This document shows, piece after piece, positions 9,734 to 19,540 of a stretch of DNA of 64,000 bases (positions are counted from its first letter, which is position 1; each line of letters begins with the position of its first letter). The notes beneath the pieces are model-generated. The model was not told where the DNA came from. It saw only the letters and a program-made list of their open reading frames with translations, and did not search any database. This DNA comes from an uncultured Gammaproteobacteria bacterium (lineage in GTDB: Bacteria; Patescibacteriota; Microgenomatia; JAMCZE01). A program made the position numbers and the translations under genes. The stretch is taken from NCBI GenBank assembly GCA_964576435.1, contig CAZNUP010000002.1, positions 183,182 through 247,181 on the forward strand. Direction: 5' to 3'.

Positions 9734-10369
9734 ATGACAGTTGGTGATGTATATAAAAGATTTGGAGTGCCCCCCAATTTGTCTGAGCATATGCTGCGAG
9801 TGGCGGGAGTGGTGGATTTCATTCACCGAAATTGGACAGGGGAAGAAATTGATTGGAATCTTCTAACAAAGATAGCCTTATTACATGATTTAGGAAATGT
9901 GGTCAAGTTCACTTGGGATAATTATGAAAAATTTGGGTTATCACAATCAGAGGCAAAATCACTGCAGCAGTTACAGCAAACTTTAATACAAAAATATGGA
10001 GAGGACGATCATGAGGCGACTAAGAAAATGCTTGAAGAATTGGGCGTGGAACAGATAGTAAGTCAAACTATTTTAGATAAGTCTTTTGGCAATTCGATAA
10101 AAACTGCAAGATCAAATAATTGGTACCCAAAAATATTGCTCTACTCGGATCTTAGAGTAATGCCAAACAACATTTCAACTTTAGACGAAAGAATTCAGGA
10201 CATACATGATAGGTATCCAAAATATAGAAATCGTGTAGATTTTTCAGAGCTGGTTAGAGCTAACTACGAAATAGAAAAAGAGATCCAGGAGCATGTTTCT
10301 GTTTCTCTTAGAGAAATAACTCAAAACACAATTAAAATAAACGAAGCATTTCTTAATTTGAATGTCTAG
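9734..10369 (+). CDS. HD-domain phosphohydrolase
   Basis: H..MLRVAG ... IALLHDLGN is the HD-motif arrangement. Confidence 0.65.
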   Translation: MTVGDVYKRFGVPPNLSEHMLRVAGVVDFIHRNWTGEEIDWNLLTKIALLHDLGNVVKFTWDNYEKFGLSQSEAKSLQQLQQTLIQKYGEDDHEATKKMLEELGVEQIVSQTILDKSFGNSIKTARSNNWYPKILLYSDLRVMPNNISTLDERIQDIHDRYPKYRNRVDFSELVRANYEIEKEIQEHVSVSLREITQNTIKINEAFLNLNV

Positions 10370-11363
10370 GATGAAGAAAAAAGTTGTTGTAATTGGCGGG
10401 GGAACAGGAACATATACTGTTTTGTCAGGTCTTAAAAAGTATCCATTGGATTTAACTGCTATTGTTACTGCCTCTGACTCTGGGGGAAGCACAGGAAAAC
10501 TCCGAGATGAATTTGGTTCACTTCCTGTTGGTGATGTTCGTATGGCTCTTGCAGCTTTATCTGATGATCCTGAAGAATCTAATTTTCTTCGAAAACTCTT
10601 CTTGTACCGATTTGATAAGGGAGATGGACTTAAGGGTCATAATTTTGGGAATTTGTTTTTGGTAGCTATGGCTGAGGTTTTGGGATCCCAGGAGCAAGCG
10701 ATCCTTTATGCATCGGAAATTTTACGTGTTAAAGGGAAGGTGCTTCCAGTTTCAGAGAGGGATTCTCACTTGGTTGCAGAATACGAAAATGGCCAATTAG
10801 TTTTTGGAGAAACTCATATTGATGAACCTGGGGACGGATTTGATGGGAAAATGAGAATAAAAAAACTTTGGATGCAACCTGAAGTTAAAATTTCTGATTC
10901 CGCTAAAAAGGCAATTTTAAATGCTGACATAATTGTCATAGGGCCTGGAGATTTATATACGAGTTTACTGGCAAATGTGGTTGTTAGTGGAGTTCCTGAA
11001 GCTATTAAAAAATCAAAAGCTAAATTAGTTTTTGTTGTTAACTTAATTGCTAAGTGGGGACAAACATTTGATTTTAATGTGTCAGACCATGTTGAGGAAT
11101 TCAAAAAATATGTGGGGAAATATCCAGATTATGTTTTAGTTAATGATAAGGCTTTACCGAAATCAATTCTTAAGAAATACGAACTGGAAAATGGAGGACC
11201 AGTTCGGGATGATCTTTTGCGGAAGAATACCCCTTATAAAGTAGTGAGGGCTGATCTTTTAGGGGAAGAAGTGATTAAAAAATCATCTGGAGATGTTTTG
11301 AAAAGAAGTCTAATTAGACACGATTCACAAAAACTTGCGCGGGTGGTTTATAATTTGGTCTAG
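10362..11363 (+). CDS. yvcK: gluconeogenesis factor / YvcK (CofD-like, UPF0052) family protein
   Basis: KVVVIGGGTGTYTVLSGLK...ASDSGGSTGKLRDEFGSLPVGDVRMALAAL matches the YvcK/CofD signature. Confidence 0.85.
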   Translation: MSRMKKKVVVIGGGTGTYTVLSGLKKYPLDLTAIVTASDSGGSTGKLRDEFGSLPVGDVRMALAALSDDPEESNFLRKLFLYRFDKGDGLKGHNFGNLFLVAMAEVLGSQEQAILYASEILRVKGKVLPVSERDSHLVAEYENGQLVFGETHIDEPGDGFDGKMRIKKLWMQPEVKISDSAKKAILNADIIVIGPGDLYTSLLANVVVSGVPEAIKKSKAKLVFVVNLIAKWGQTFDFNVSDHVEEFKKYVGKYPDYVLVNDKALPKSILKKYELENGGPVRDDLLRKNTPYKVVRADLLGEEVIKKSSGDVLKRSLIRHDSQKLARVVYNLV

Positions 11364-11365
11364 TT

Positions 11366-12199
11366 ATGAAGCTTGGGATAGTTGGTTATGGGTATGTTGG
11401 CAAGGCTGTTGAATACGGCTTTAAGGATAGACACGAAATAATAGTTCACGATAAATTTCTTCCCTCCGAATCTTTAGAAAAAGTTGTTTCTCAATCTGAA
11501 ATCATCTTTGTGGCAGTGCCGACTCCAATGGATGCAAAGTACACAAAGATTGATCTTTCAATTGTCGATAGCGTTATTAAAGATATAACAACACTTTCAA
11601 AAAAACTTAATAAAAGACCAATTATTGTCATTAAATCCACAGTTGTTCCGGGAACCACGAGGAAGATGGGGGAGAAATATAAATATCCTGAAATTCTTTT
11701 TAATCCAGAATTTTTGACTGAAGCAAACTATTTAGAAGACTTTGTAAACGCGGATAGGATTGTTGTTGGTGGAGACAACAATCGAATTAGACAAAAGCTT
11801 GTCGATCTTTACAGGGAAAGCTTTCCAAAGACATTACTTTTTGAAACAGATCCAACAACTGCTGAAATGGTTAAGTATATGGCAAATACACTTCTTGCTA
11901 CTGAAATTGTTTTTGCTAATGAAATATTTGATTTATCAAACAAACTGGGAATTAATTATGATGAGGTTAAAACAATGGTCAAAGCTGATAGAAGGATTAA
12001 CAAAGCGCCACTTGATGTTACAACGGAGAGGGGTTTTGGTCAGAAATGTTATCCTAAAGATGCTGTGGCTTTAATGGGGCTAGCAAAGGAACATGGTGTG
12101 GATTTGTCAGTTTTAAATGCTGCTTGGAGGAAAAATTTGAAAATCAGAAAAGTAAGGGATTGGGAGGAAATTCCAGGAGCGGTTTCTAAGAAGAAATAA
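11366..12199 (+). CDS. nucleotide-sugar (UDP-glucose/GDP-mannose) dehydrogenase family protein, short form
   Basis: N-terminal GxGxVG Rossmann motif (KLGIVGYGYVGKAV) and a GFGQKCYPKD catalytic-Cys motif, seen directly. At 277 aa it lacks the usual C-terminal UDP-binding domain. Confidence 0.6.
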   Translation: MKLGIVGYGYVGKAVEYGFKDRHEIIVHDKFLPSESLEKVVSQSEIIFVAVPTPMDAKYTKIDLSIVDSVIKDITTLSKKLNKRPIIVIKSTVVPGTTRKMGEKYKYPEILFNPEFLTEANYLEDFVNADRIVVGGDNNRIRQKLVDLYRESFPKTLLFETDPTTAEMVKYMANTLLATEIVFANEIFDLSNKLGINYDEVKTMVKADRRINKAPLDVTTERGFGQKCYPKDAVALMGLAKEHGVDLSVLNAAWRKNLKIRKVRDWEEIPGAVSKKK

Positions 12200-12202
12200 A
12201 TT

Positions 12203-12721
12203 TTGGTTTTGAATATATCTAATATGTTAGAAATTGAAAAGACATTTTTAGTTAAGAAAATACCAACAGACTTGGCGAAGTTTGAATCTTTTAAAATAAA
12301 GCAGGGATATATTTCGACTGACGACTCTGTAATTCGTGTTCGGTCAAAAGGTAATAAATTTGAGTTAACTAAAAAATGGAGAATTAATCCAAGTGATCAT
12401 AGGCGCCAGGAAGAAATAAATGTGTCTTTAACTGAAGGTGAATTTAAAAAATTGTGGCAACTCGTTGATAAGTTTGTTGAGAAAACGAGATATTTAATTC
12501 CACTTGATAAAGGACTTACGGCTGAGTTGGATATTTTCGAGGGTTTAATGGAGGGTCATGCTGTTGTGGAAGTTGAATTTAAAAATGAGAGGGAAATGGA
12601 TAGTTTTAAGAAACCGGATTGGTTTGGAGAAGATATTTCCCAAGATGATGTTGGTTCAAGTAATTTTTTATCAGGGAAGAGCTTTGAGCAAATTAAGAGT
12701 TTACTTAGTGCTCGCTCTTAA
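12203..12721 (+). CDS. CYTH-domain (triphosphate tunnel metalloenzyme) protein
   Basis: The EIEKTFLV start resembles the EIERKF CYTH signature. Acidic residues recur downstream. Confidence 0.7.
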   Translation: MVLNISNMLEIEKTFLVKKIPTDLAKFESFKIKQGYISTDDSVIRVRSKGNKFELTKKWRINPSDHRRQEEINVSLTEGEFKKLWQLVDKFVEKTRYLIPLDKGLTAELDIFEGLMEGHAVVEVEFKNEREMDSFKKPDWFGEDISQDDVGSSNFLSGKSFEQIKSLLSARS

Positions 12722-13681
12722 GTTTGTAATAATTACAGAGAGAACTGTCATAAAAGGAATTGCTAGAAGTGCTCCAGGGATTCCCATTAACTGAGAGCCA
12801 GTAACTACACCAATAATTATGACGATAGGGGAAAGTCCTACAGCTGAGTTCATAATCTTTGGAACTAAGAAACTATTTTCTGCCTGCTGAATTAAAAGAT
12901 AGGCTGCTATAACGCCGATTGCTGAAACTGGAGAAACTGAGAGAGCCACAATGACTGCTGGGACAGCTGCCAAGATTGGCCCAACTGTTGGAATAATTTC
13001 TAAAATTCCTGCGATGATTGCCAAAATTAAAGCATACTCAACGCCTAAGAGTCTTAGAGCAATGTAACTTAAAATGCCAATGAAAAGGCACAAGATAAAT
13101 TGACCTCTTACCCAAGCTCCTAGTTTCCACTCAGACTCATTCGCGATCTTGCTGATGAGTTTTTGTTTATCGCTTGGGAATAGTCCTACAAAGTTCTTTT
13201 TTAATTTGGCATGTTCAAGACTTAAATAGAAACTGATAACTATGGTAGAGATTACCGTCAAAAGGCCACCAAGAATTTTTGATGAGGTTTGGATGACATT
13301 TTTACCAACAAGACCTAGTTCAGAATTAATTAGTGAATTTAAGTCTGAATTAGAAATTGGGTTACCTAAAGCATAATTTAGCTGTGAGACATAAACTGGG
13401 AAGTTAGCTGCAAGGGATCTTCCTTGAATGTTAATAAAAGGAACTAAAGGGACAATTAACAGCACTAGTGCACAAGAAAAAAGAAGGTAAAGAATCACAA
13501 TTGAAGCCGCTCTTGGAATTTTTCTACTTTCTAACTTTTCAGCAATTGGATTTAGCGTTGAACTTATAATTACTGCTATAAAGAGAGAGATAAGGATATT
13601 TTTGACTTCAAAAAGAAACCAAGCGACGACAATAATTAGGAAAGCTAAGATAATTTGATTTGAAAGAAGTTTTTTAATCAT
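12701..13681 (-). CDS. AI-2E family transporter (UPF0118/PerM-like) membrane protein
   Basis: Multiple transmembrane helices, a G/A-rich C-terminal region, and the typical length. I set the start to the ATG at 13681, which overlaps the msrB stop in an ATGATTAA junction. Confidence 0.65.
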   Translation of the reverse strand: MIKKLLSNQIILAFLIIVVAWFLFEVKNILISLFIAVIISSTLNPIAEKLESRKIPRAASIVILYLLFSCALVLLIVPLVPFINIQGRSLAANFPVYVSQLNYALGNPISNSDLNSLINSELGLVGKNVIQTSSKILGGLLTVISTIVISFYLSLEHAKLKKNFVGLFPSDKQKLISKIANESEWKLGAWVRGQFILCLFIGILSYIALRLLGVEYALILAIIAGILEIIPTVGPILAAVPAVIVALSVSPVSAIGVIAAYLLIQQAENSFLVPKIMNSAVGLSPIVIIIGVVTGSQLMGIPGALLAIPFMTVLSVIITNLRASTK

Positions 13682-14060
13682 GCTTTGGCTTGAAGTCAAG
13701 CGCAAGGGAGTTGATGCAATAACGTTCTCCAGTTGGTTTTGGACCGTCTGGGAAAACGTGACCCAAGTGAGCACCACAATTAGCACAGTTGACTTCTGTT
13801 CTGGTCATTCCCAATGAGTTATCCATTTCTAATTTGACAGCTTGTTTGCCGGTTGTTTCCCAAAAACTTGGCCAACCAGTTCCAGAATCGAACTTGGTGT
13901 CAGATATGAAAAGCTCGTTTCCACAGTTGGCACAAGTATAAGTTCCGGCTTCTTGGAATTTGTTATACTTGCCGCTGCCTGGAGGCCCGGTGCCTTTCAA
14001 GAAGCAAACATATTTTTGCTCTTCTGTCAGGTTTGGGTTAAGTTGTTTGGGGGAATCCAT
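13674..14060 (-). CDS. msrB: peptide-methionine (R)-S-oxide reductase MsrB
   Basis: CxxC...CxxC zinc site and the GHVFPDGP...RYCINS signature are present. Confidence 0.9.
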   Translation of the reverse strand: MDSPKQLNPNLTEEQKYVCFLKGTGPPGSGKYNKFQEAGTYTCANCGNELFISDTKFDSGTGWPSFWETTGKQAVKLEMDNSLGMTRTEVNCANCGAHLGHVFPDGPKPTGERYCINSLALDFKPKHD

Positions 14061-14077
14061 ATCCTAATTATTATATC

Positions 14078-14953
14078 ATGGACAAAATTTTAGCCGCATT
14101 TTTAGGACTGACTTTTCTCTTTTCACCCCCGGTACCGGTATCTTTTAGTCCCCTTGCAAAAGGGGAGAACCAGAAAGAGTGGAGTAATCCCACTGTATCT
14201 AAAAACTTGGCAAATGTTGTTGACCAATCTTTAAGAGGAGCCCCTGGGAAATATAGAATTTATATTAGACATTTAGCTACCGGTGAAAGTTTTACTAAAG
14301 ACCAGAACGATGTGATTTTATCTGGAAGTATGTATAAAGCTTGGCTTGTTGCTGGAGTATTGGATGATATAAGAATTGGGAAACTTAGTGAGAATCAAAT
14401 TCTTACAGATTCAGTTGAGAATCTAAATGAATGGGCAGAACTTAAACCGGAAGATGCCGAACTTTCATCAGGAACCATGAAATTTACAGTCAGTGACGCT
14501 TTGGCTCGGATGATAGCAGTGTCACATAATTATGCCGCCTTCCTTTTGACCCGTGAGGTAGGTAATCCAAAAGTGCAAAAACTACTAAAAGATGAGAACT
14601 TAATGGATGTGAATTTCGTTAGACCTCCCACAGTTTCGCCAGCAGCGATGGCGCTTTTTTTGGAAAAGGTTTATAGGGGAGAGTTTTTTGATGATGAAAA
14701 ATATAATCAGGAATTTCGTGATCTACTTGCCTCTAATGAGCTAAATGATGGACTACCTAAACTTTTACCTAAAGATGTTCGAGTTGAGCATAAAACCGGG
14801 GAAATTAATGCGTATAAACATGATTGTGGAATTGTTTATTCAAAGGGCGGGGACTATATTATATGTGTGATGACTGAATCGAAAGTTCCACTTAAAGCTG
14901 AGGAGCAAACAGCCAAGACATCACTTGCTGTTTATAAATATTTTAATCCTTAA
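14078..14953 (+). CDS. class A beta-lactamase-like serine hydrolase (exported)
   Basis: Signal peptide, an SxxK motif (SGSMYK) and a KTG motif (HKTGEI). The SDN loop is replaced by SHN. Confidence 0.6.
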   Translation: MDKILAAFLGLTFLFSPPVPVSFSPLAKGENQKEWSNPTVSKNLANVVDQSLRGAPGKYRIYIRHLATGESFTKDQNDVILSGSMYKAWLVAGVLDDIRIGKLSENQILTDSVENLNEWAELKPEDAELSSGTMKFTVSDALARMIAVSHNYAAFLLTREVGNPKVQKLLKDENLMDVNFVRPPTVSPAAMALFLEKVYRGEFFDDEKYNQEFRDLLASNELNDGLPKLLPKDVRVEHKTGEINAYKHDCGIVYSKGGDYIICVMTESKVPLKAEEQTAKTSLAVYKYFNP

Positions 14954-14956
14954 AAA

Positions 14957-16612
14957 ATGATCTTTCTTATTATTTTCGCATTTCTTGCTGGAATTGTAAC
15001 TATTTTGTCTCCTTGTATTTTACCCGTGTTACCAATTGTCCTTGCTGGGGTAGTTGGGGAAGGAAAGAGACGACCTTTAGGGATTGTTGTTGGGTTTGTC
15101 CTGTCGTTTACTTTCTTTACATTGTTTTTGGCAGTAATTGTCAGAACTCTTGGAGTATCGTCTGATCTTTTAAGGAATATTTCAATTGTTGTCATCTTTA
15201 TTTTTGGAGTCAGTCTTCTTTTTTCTGGCGTTCAGGTTTACATGGAGAAACTGTTTTCAAAGTTGTCTTCCAGGGTGCCAGTTGGAAAAGGTTCTACGGG
15301 ATTCGCGGGTGGAGTAGTGATTGGGCTTTCCTTAGGACTACTTTGGACTCCATGTGTGGGACCAATTATTGCGTCTGTTATTACTTTGGCTGTTTCAAAT
15401 TCAGTTAATCTTGGGGTTTTCTTTATAACTTTTGCTTACGCTCTTGGAACTGCAATTCCAATGTTTATTATTATGATTTTTGGACGAGCAATTTTTGCTC
15501 GAATCCCATGGTTAGTTCCTAACTCAGGAAAAATTCAAAAGGTGTTTGGAGTGCTTCTAATCTTAGTGGCTTTGATGTTGTTTTTTAATTTCGACCGTAA
15601 ATTTCAAACTGTTTTACTTGAAAAATTTCCAGATTATGGGGCGGGGTTAACTAAGATAGAGGACAATAATATCGTTAAAGAACAACTAGAGAAGATAGGG
15701 GGAGTTAAACAGGCTAGTGTCACTGATAGTAAGACCATGCAAGACAATATGTTAAATCAAGCGCCGGAAATTATTCCAGGAGGTCTTTGGTTTAATTCAA
15801 AGCCACTTAAAATAAGTGACCTTAAAGGCAAGGTTGTTCTTGTGGATTTTTGGACATACACATGCATTAACTGTATTAGGACACTACCTTATATAAAAGA
15901 ATGGAATGAAAAATACGCGGACAAGGGGCTTGTCATTATTGGAGTCCATACTCCAGAATTCGAGTTCGAAAAAAACCCAGATAATGTAAAAAAAGCTTTA
16001 ACTGATTTTGGAATTAAATATCCAGTCGTTCAGGATAATAGTTATGCAACTTGGAATAACTACAACAATCACTATTGGCCAGCAAAATATTTCATAGATA
16101 AGAATGGCAAAGTGGTGTCGTCGCATTTTGGGGAAGGGGACTACACTGAGTCGGAACAACTTATTAGAAGACTGCTTGTTGAAGCGGGTGCCGATGTGTC
16201 AAAGATCCCAGTAAATTATAAAGATTATCAAATTTTTGCACAGACGCCGGAAACGTATTTAGGATCACTTAGGACACAAGGGAGAGTAGATGTAGCTACT
16301 GGATCGGCACTTCCTGATAATAGCTTTGCTCTTACGGGTGAATGGAATATTGGTGAAGAACGAGCCATACCTGCAATTGGAGCAGAACTTTTCTTCAACT
16401 TTAATGCAAAAAATGTTTATCTTGTGATGCGGACAGTTGATGGAAAACCCGGAAAAGTTGAAGTTGGTTTAGATGGACAAAATGTTCAGACAGTTGAAGT
16501 TAAAGATGACAAACTTTATCAACTTATAGACCTAAAAAATCCAGGGAAACATTTATTGGATTTGAAATTTTTGACACCGAATATTGAGGTGTACGCATTT
16601 ACTTTTGGATGA
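14957..16612 (+). CDS. CcdA/DsbD-type thiol:disulfide transmembrane transporter fused to a thioredoxin-like (TlpA/DipZ-like) domain
   Basis: N-terminal CcdA motifs (SPCILPVLP, TPCVGPI), then a CINC thioredoxin-fold region (VDFWTYTCINC), then a C-terminal beta-rich domain. Confidence 0.8.
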   Translation: MIFLIIFAFLAGIVTILSPCILPVLPIVLAGVVGEGKRRPLGIVVGFVLSFTFFTLFLAVIVRTLGVSSDLLRNISIVVIFIFGVSLLFSGVQVYMEKLFSKLSSRVPVGKGSTGFAGGVVIGLSLGLLWTPCVGPIIASVITLAVSNSVNLGVFFITFAYALGTAIPMFIIMIFGRAIFARIPWLVPNSGKIQKVFGVLLILVALMLFFNFDRKFQTVLLEKFPDYGAGLTKIEDNNIVKEQLEKIGGVKQASVTDSKTMQDNMLNQAPEIIPGGLWFNSKPLKISDLKGKVVLVDFWTYTCINCIRTLPYIKEWNEKYADKGLVIIGVHTPEFEFEKNPDNVKKALTDFGIKYPVVQDNSYATWNNYNNHYWPAKYFIDKNGKVVSSHFGEGDYTESEQLIRRLLVEAGADVSKIPVNYKDYQIFAQTPETYLGSLRTQGRVDVATGSALPDNSFALTGEWNIGEERAIPAIGAELFFNFNAKNVYLVMRTVDGKPGKVEVGLDGQNVQTVEVKDDKLYQLIDLKNPGKHLLDLKFLTPNIEVYAFTFG

Positions 16613-17369
16613 CGATCATATTCTTCTTTGTGTCTTCGATGGGAAGATGATATCCGGTTTCATAATCTCTTACTGCATTAAAAAATAGATCAACTGGATA
16701 CCTGTAATCTTTGCCTGGGGCGACACCAGCGTCATTTGTTATAAATTCGTTTGTGTCTGAATCATAACCGATAATTAAAACCATGTGGCGTTCTGGTCCT
16801 GGACTTGTGAAATGAGGATTATTCATGGCTTGACCATTCATCGGAGTTATTACTAAATTGCCGTTGTGTAGTTCTCTAATAATGTCGTTCGTACTAATAT
16901 TTTCTTTGTAACTGGCTCCATTAAAATTGAAATACCCCTTTGCAATTCTATCTAATGAATCCTTAGTTGATGTGTCTCTTGAATCTCCATAGTTTTCAGT
17001 TTGGTAGTTGGCAATGTCAATAATTTTGTCTCTAGTTTCCTGAGGAGTACCTAGTGTTTCGTTTCTTGCCCAAGCTACTGCCATTAAGAGTGCTGCTTCC
17101 TCACAGGCGTCTTGTTGTTTGGGATCACTCCATTCTCCGAGGGGGGCCTGGACGGTAAAAGGAACGTCTGTATTAATGACACTTTTATTTCTTAATGTCT
17201 CAATTGGGATTAGTGTTGGAGACGGGATTGGAGTGCTCGTTATGGTGGGGATAGTTTCAATAACTTCTGTGACTTGTGGTGAGAACCAATTAACAAGTGT
17301 TCCTGAGAAAACTACTAAGAAAACTGTAATAGCAGCAATAACATAGAGGCCGATGAGCAGTCTTGGCAT
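16599..17369 (-). CDS. C39-like (Peptidase_C39_2) cysteine peptidase-like exported protein
   Basis: N-terminal TM or signal segment, a Q..C pair (QQDACEEAALLMAV) and a C-terminal H-containing region (HMVLIIGYD) consistent with the C39-like fold. Confidence 0.5.
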   Translation of the reverse strand: MPRLLIGLYVIAAITVFLVVFSGTLVNWFSPQVTEVIETIPTITSTPIPSPTLIPIETLRNKSVINTDVPFTVQAPLGEWSDPKQQDACEEAALLMAVAWARNETLGTPQETRDKIIDIANYQTENYGDSRDTSTKDSLDRIAKGYFNFNGASYKENISTNDIIRELHNGNLVITPMNGQAMNNPHFTSPGPERHMVLIIGYDSDTNEFITNDAGVAPGKDYRYPVDLFFNAVRDYETGYHLPIEDTKKNMIVIQK

Positions 17370-17400
17370 ATATAGGAGATTCTACTATAAATCAAAATCC

Positions 17401-17862
17401 TTAGTTGTTTGCAGAGAGTGTGTAGCTTACAGAAGCAGGGAGTGGTTGTTGATCTCCGTCTAATCCTTCAAGAGTGTAAGCGTTTGTTTGTTTAAAGTAT
17501 TGTGGTTGGGAATTTGCACCACTTGGAGTCAAGGTAATAATGTCATTGGATCCACCTGACCAGGTTCCTGTTTCTGTAACGGGTTGTACTGATTTTCCTT
17601 GATAAACCATTACCATAGTGTAGGTGCCACTCGTGTTATTTGAACCGTCATAATTTAAAGTGAGAGTAGTATTGATTCCAGAACAATCAGCACATGGGGA
17701 AACGCCTTTATAGACAACTTGTTGAGTATTTGAATTTGTTGGTGCAGCGGTTACAACTTGAGTTGGGGTGGGAGTGATATTTGATGCCTCTTGGCTACCC
17801 ATTCCAAATATAGCCAAAACCGAGGCAAAGAATGCTGCAATTGTTGTTAGAAATCCATTCAT
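17401..17862 (-). CDS. NlpE N-terminal domain-like secreted protein
   Basis: Signal peptide plus YKGVSPCADCSGINTTLTLNYDGS, which resembles the CxDCxGI motif of the NlpE N domain. Confidence 0.5.
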   Translation of the reverse strand: MNGFLTTIAAFFASVLAIFGMGSQEASNITPTPTQVVTAAPTNSNTQQVVYKGVSPCADCSGINTTLTLNYDGSNNTSGTYTMVMVYQGKSVQPVTETGTWSGGSNDIITLTPSGANSQPQYFKQTNAYTLEGLDGDQQPLPASVSYTLSANN

Positions 17863-17890
17863 GTTTTTATATTAACATGTCTTAACGAAG

Positions 17891-19477
17891 TCATTGCAAG
17901 GGGCAAATACAATCTGGTTCTCCAGGACAGGATTGGTTTTGGCAGGTTTGACTACCTGGCATTCCTCCTGGGACATTAGTGCAGGATAAACCTTGGGCAC
18001 ACGAGTATCCGTTTGATCCACATGATTGTCCACATTGCGAAATTTTTGGTGAAGGAACTGGAGTTGGAGAGGGTAATGGGGTGGGGCTTGGTGAGGGGGC
18101 TTGGGTCGGGGTTGGAGTTGGATTTGGATTTCCGCCACAATAGAAGCGCATTGGAGGAGTGGAGAAGTTTGAGAAATTGGAATCGCTTGAACAATTTACA
18201 CAAAGGGAATATGCCCACTGAGCATAATAGTTTTTAGAACCTTGGACATCGAAAGAGGTACGTTGACCCTGACTGTTATTTGCTGATACTTTTTGATTTA
18301 TGGTATCTGATTGGCCTGGGTTTGTGCCAACTTGGAACCAATAGTTGCCCGCATTACTTTGATTGGGCCACTGTAATGTAGCATTGAAAGTATTACTGCT
18401 GACTTGATTACAAGATACTAGAGAAGGCTGAGCTGTTGGGGTTGGAATACTAACCCCCGTATTTATTGTGAAGTTGACGTTACTTGCTGGAGCTGTCACT
18501 GTTGTTGATCTTGCTTGGGCAGAGTTGTTGCCGTTAACTTGCAAGGTAGCAATTATTTGATAACTTTGGCCAGTTTGTGCTCCATTCCATTGCCAGTTTT
18601 GACTGTTTGTTGGATTATTTACCTGAGCTATTTGGGTAGTAGATCCTGTTCCTGATTGTTGGGCTGTAATTATGAGAGTTGAGTTGTTATTGATTGGACC
18701 ATTAATATAGACGTTTCCTGAAATTGTGGTTGTTGATGGCGCGGGGGGAGTTGCCCTAGAAGTTAAAATCATTGTAACTGCGTTGTCACCAGCAATTGCA
18801 TTCAAACTTCCTGTGGTTCCAATTAAGGTGCCATTTAATGTGAGATCAGCTTTAACATTGTAGTCAGTGCCTTTGACTGCATTTTTCCAAACCCAACTTT
18901 GTGTGGCAGCGGGGGAGTTAAATGTTTGAGTTGTTACAAAGTTTTGAGCTGTTGCTTCTTTTGCTGAAATTGTAAGAATTGAACCACTTGGAATAAAACC
19001 GTTAATGATTGCAGTTCCTGTAACATTGGTCGTAGCTTTATCTATTAAATCTGATGGGAGGTCGTCCCAGTCGACATGCAAAGCTAAGGTAACATTTTCA
19101 GCCGGCGCAGTTGCGGTTACTGGTTCTGATTCTTTTATTTCTTTAGAACCAATCATTAGAACTGATATAAATTCATAACTTTCTCCAGCTACTGCGTCGT
19201 CCCAAGTCCATTTAGCATTATTTTCAACTGGCAAAGTTATCCCTGTTGACTGATAGTCGTCTTTTGAATTGTAGTTTTTGTATTTAATTACAACTGTTCC
19301 TTTATCAGCATCTTCTGGATCAGGTTTTAATGCGGTAAAGGTCACGGTTCCTGAAACTGGGCCGTTTGCAGCAACGGGTTCAGGGGAGGTTGGTCCATTT
19401 TTGAAGAAGAAAAGACCAACTAAAATTAGTATAACAACGGCGGCGACTCCAAATATTTTCAAATATTTTTGTGACAT
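17891..19477 (-). CDS. large secreted surface protein with three tandem repeats, Pro/Thr-rich linker and Cys-rich C-terminal module
   Basis: The start is set at the internal ATG at 19477 (MSQKYLKIFGVAAVVILILVGL signal/anchor). Three ~90-aa repeats share W-x-W..A..G..Y...A.L..NG. A PTPTPT linker and about 11 Cys in the last 50 aa are present. The ORF track gives 17891..19588. Confidence 0.6.
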   Translation of the reverse strand: MSQKYLKIFGVAAVVILILVGLFFFKNGPTSPEPVAANGPVSGTVTFTALKPDPEDADKGTVVIKYKNYNSKDDYQSTGITLPVENNAKWTWDDAVAGESYEFISVLMIGSKEIKESEPVTATAPAENVTLALHVDWDDLPSDLIDKATTNVTGTAIINGFIPSGSILTISAKEATAQNFVTTQTFNSPAATQSWVWKNAVKGTDYNVKADLTLNGTLIGTTGSLNAIAGDNAVTMILTSRATPPAPSTTTISGNVYINGPINNNSTLIITAQQSGTGSTTQIAQVNNPTNSQNWQWNGAQTGQSYQIIATLQVNGNNSAQARSTTVTAPASNVNFTINTGVSIPTPTAQPSLVSCNQVSSNTFNATLQWPNQSNAGNYWFQVGTNPGQSDTINQKVSANNSQGQRTSFDVQGSKNYYAQWAYSLCVNCSSDSNFSNFSTPPMRFYCGGNPNPTPTPTQAPSPSPTPLPSPTPVPSPKISQCGQSCGSNGYSCAQGLSCTNVPGGMPGSQTCQNQSCPGEPDCICPLQ

Positions 19478-19540
19478 TCTTAGAACTATATACAACGAGT
19501 GTTGTCGAAACACAAGATGGTCATATGGTATCTTTAATAG

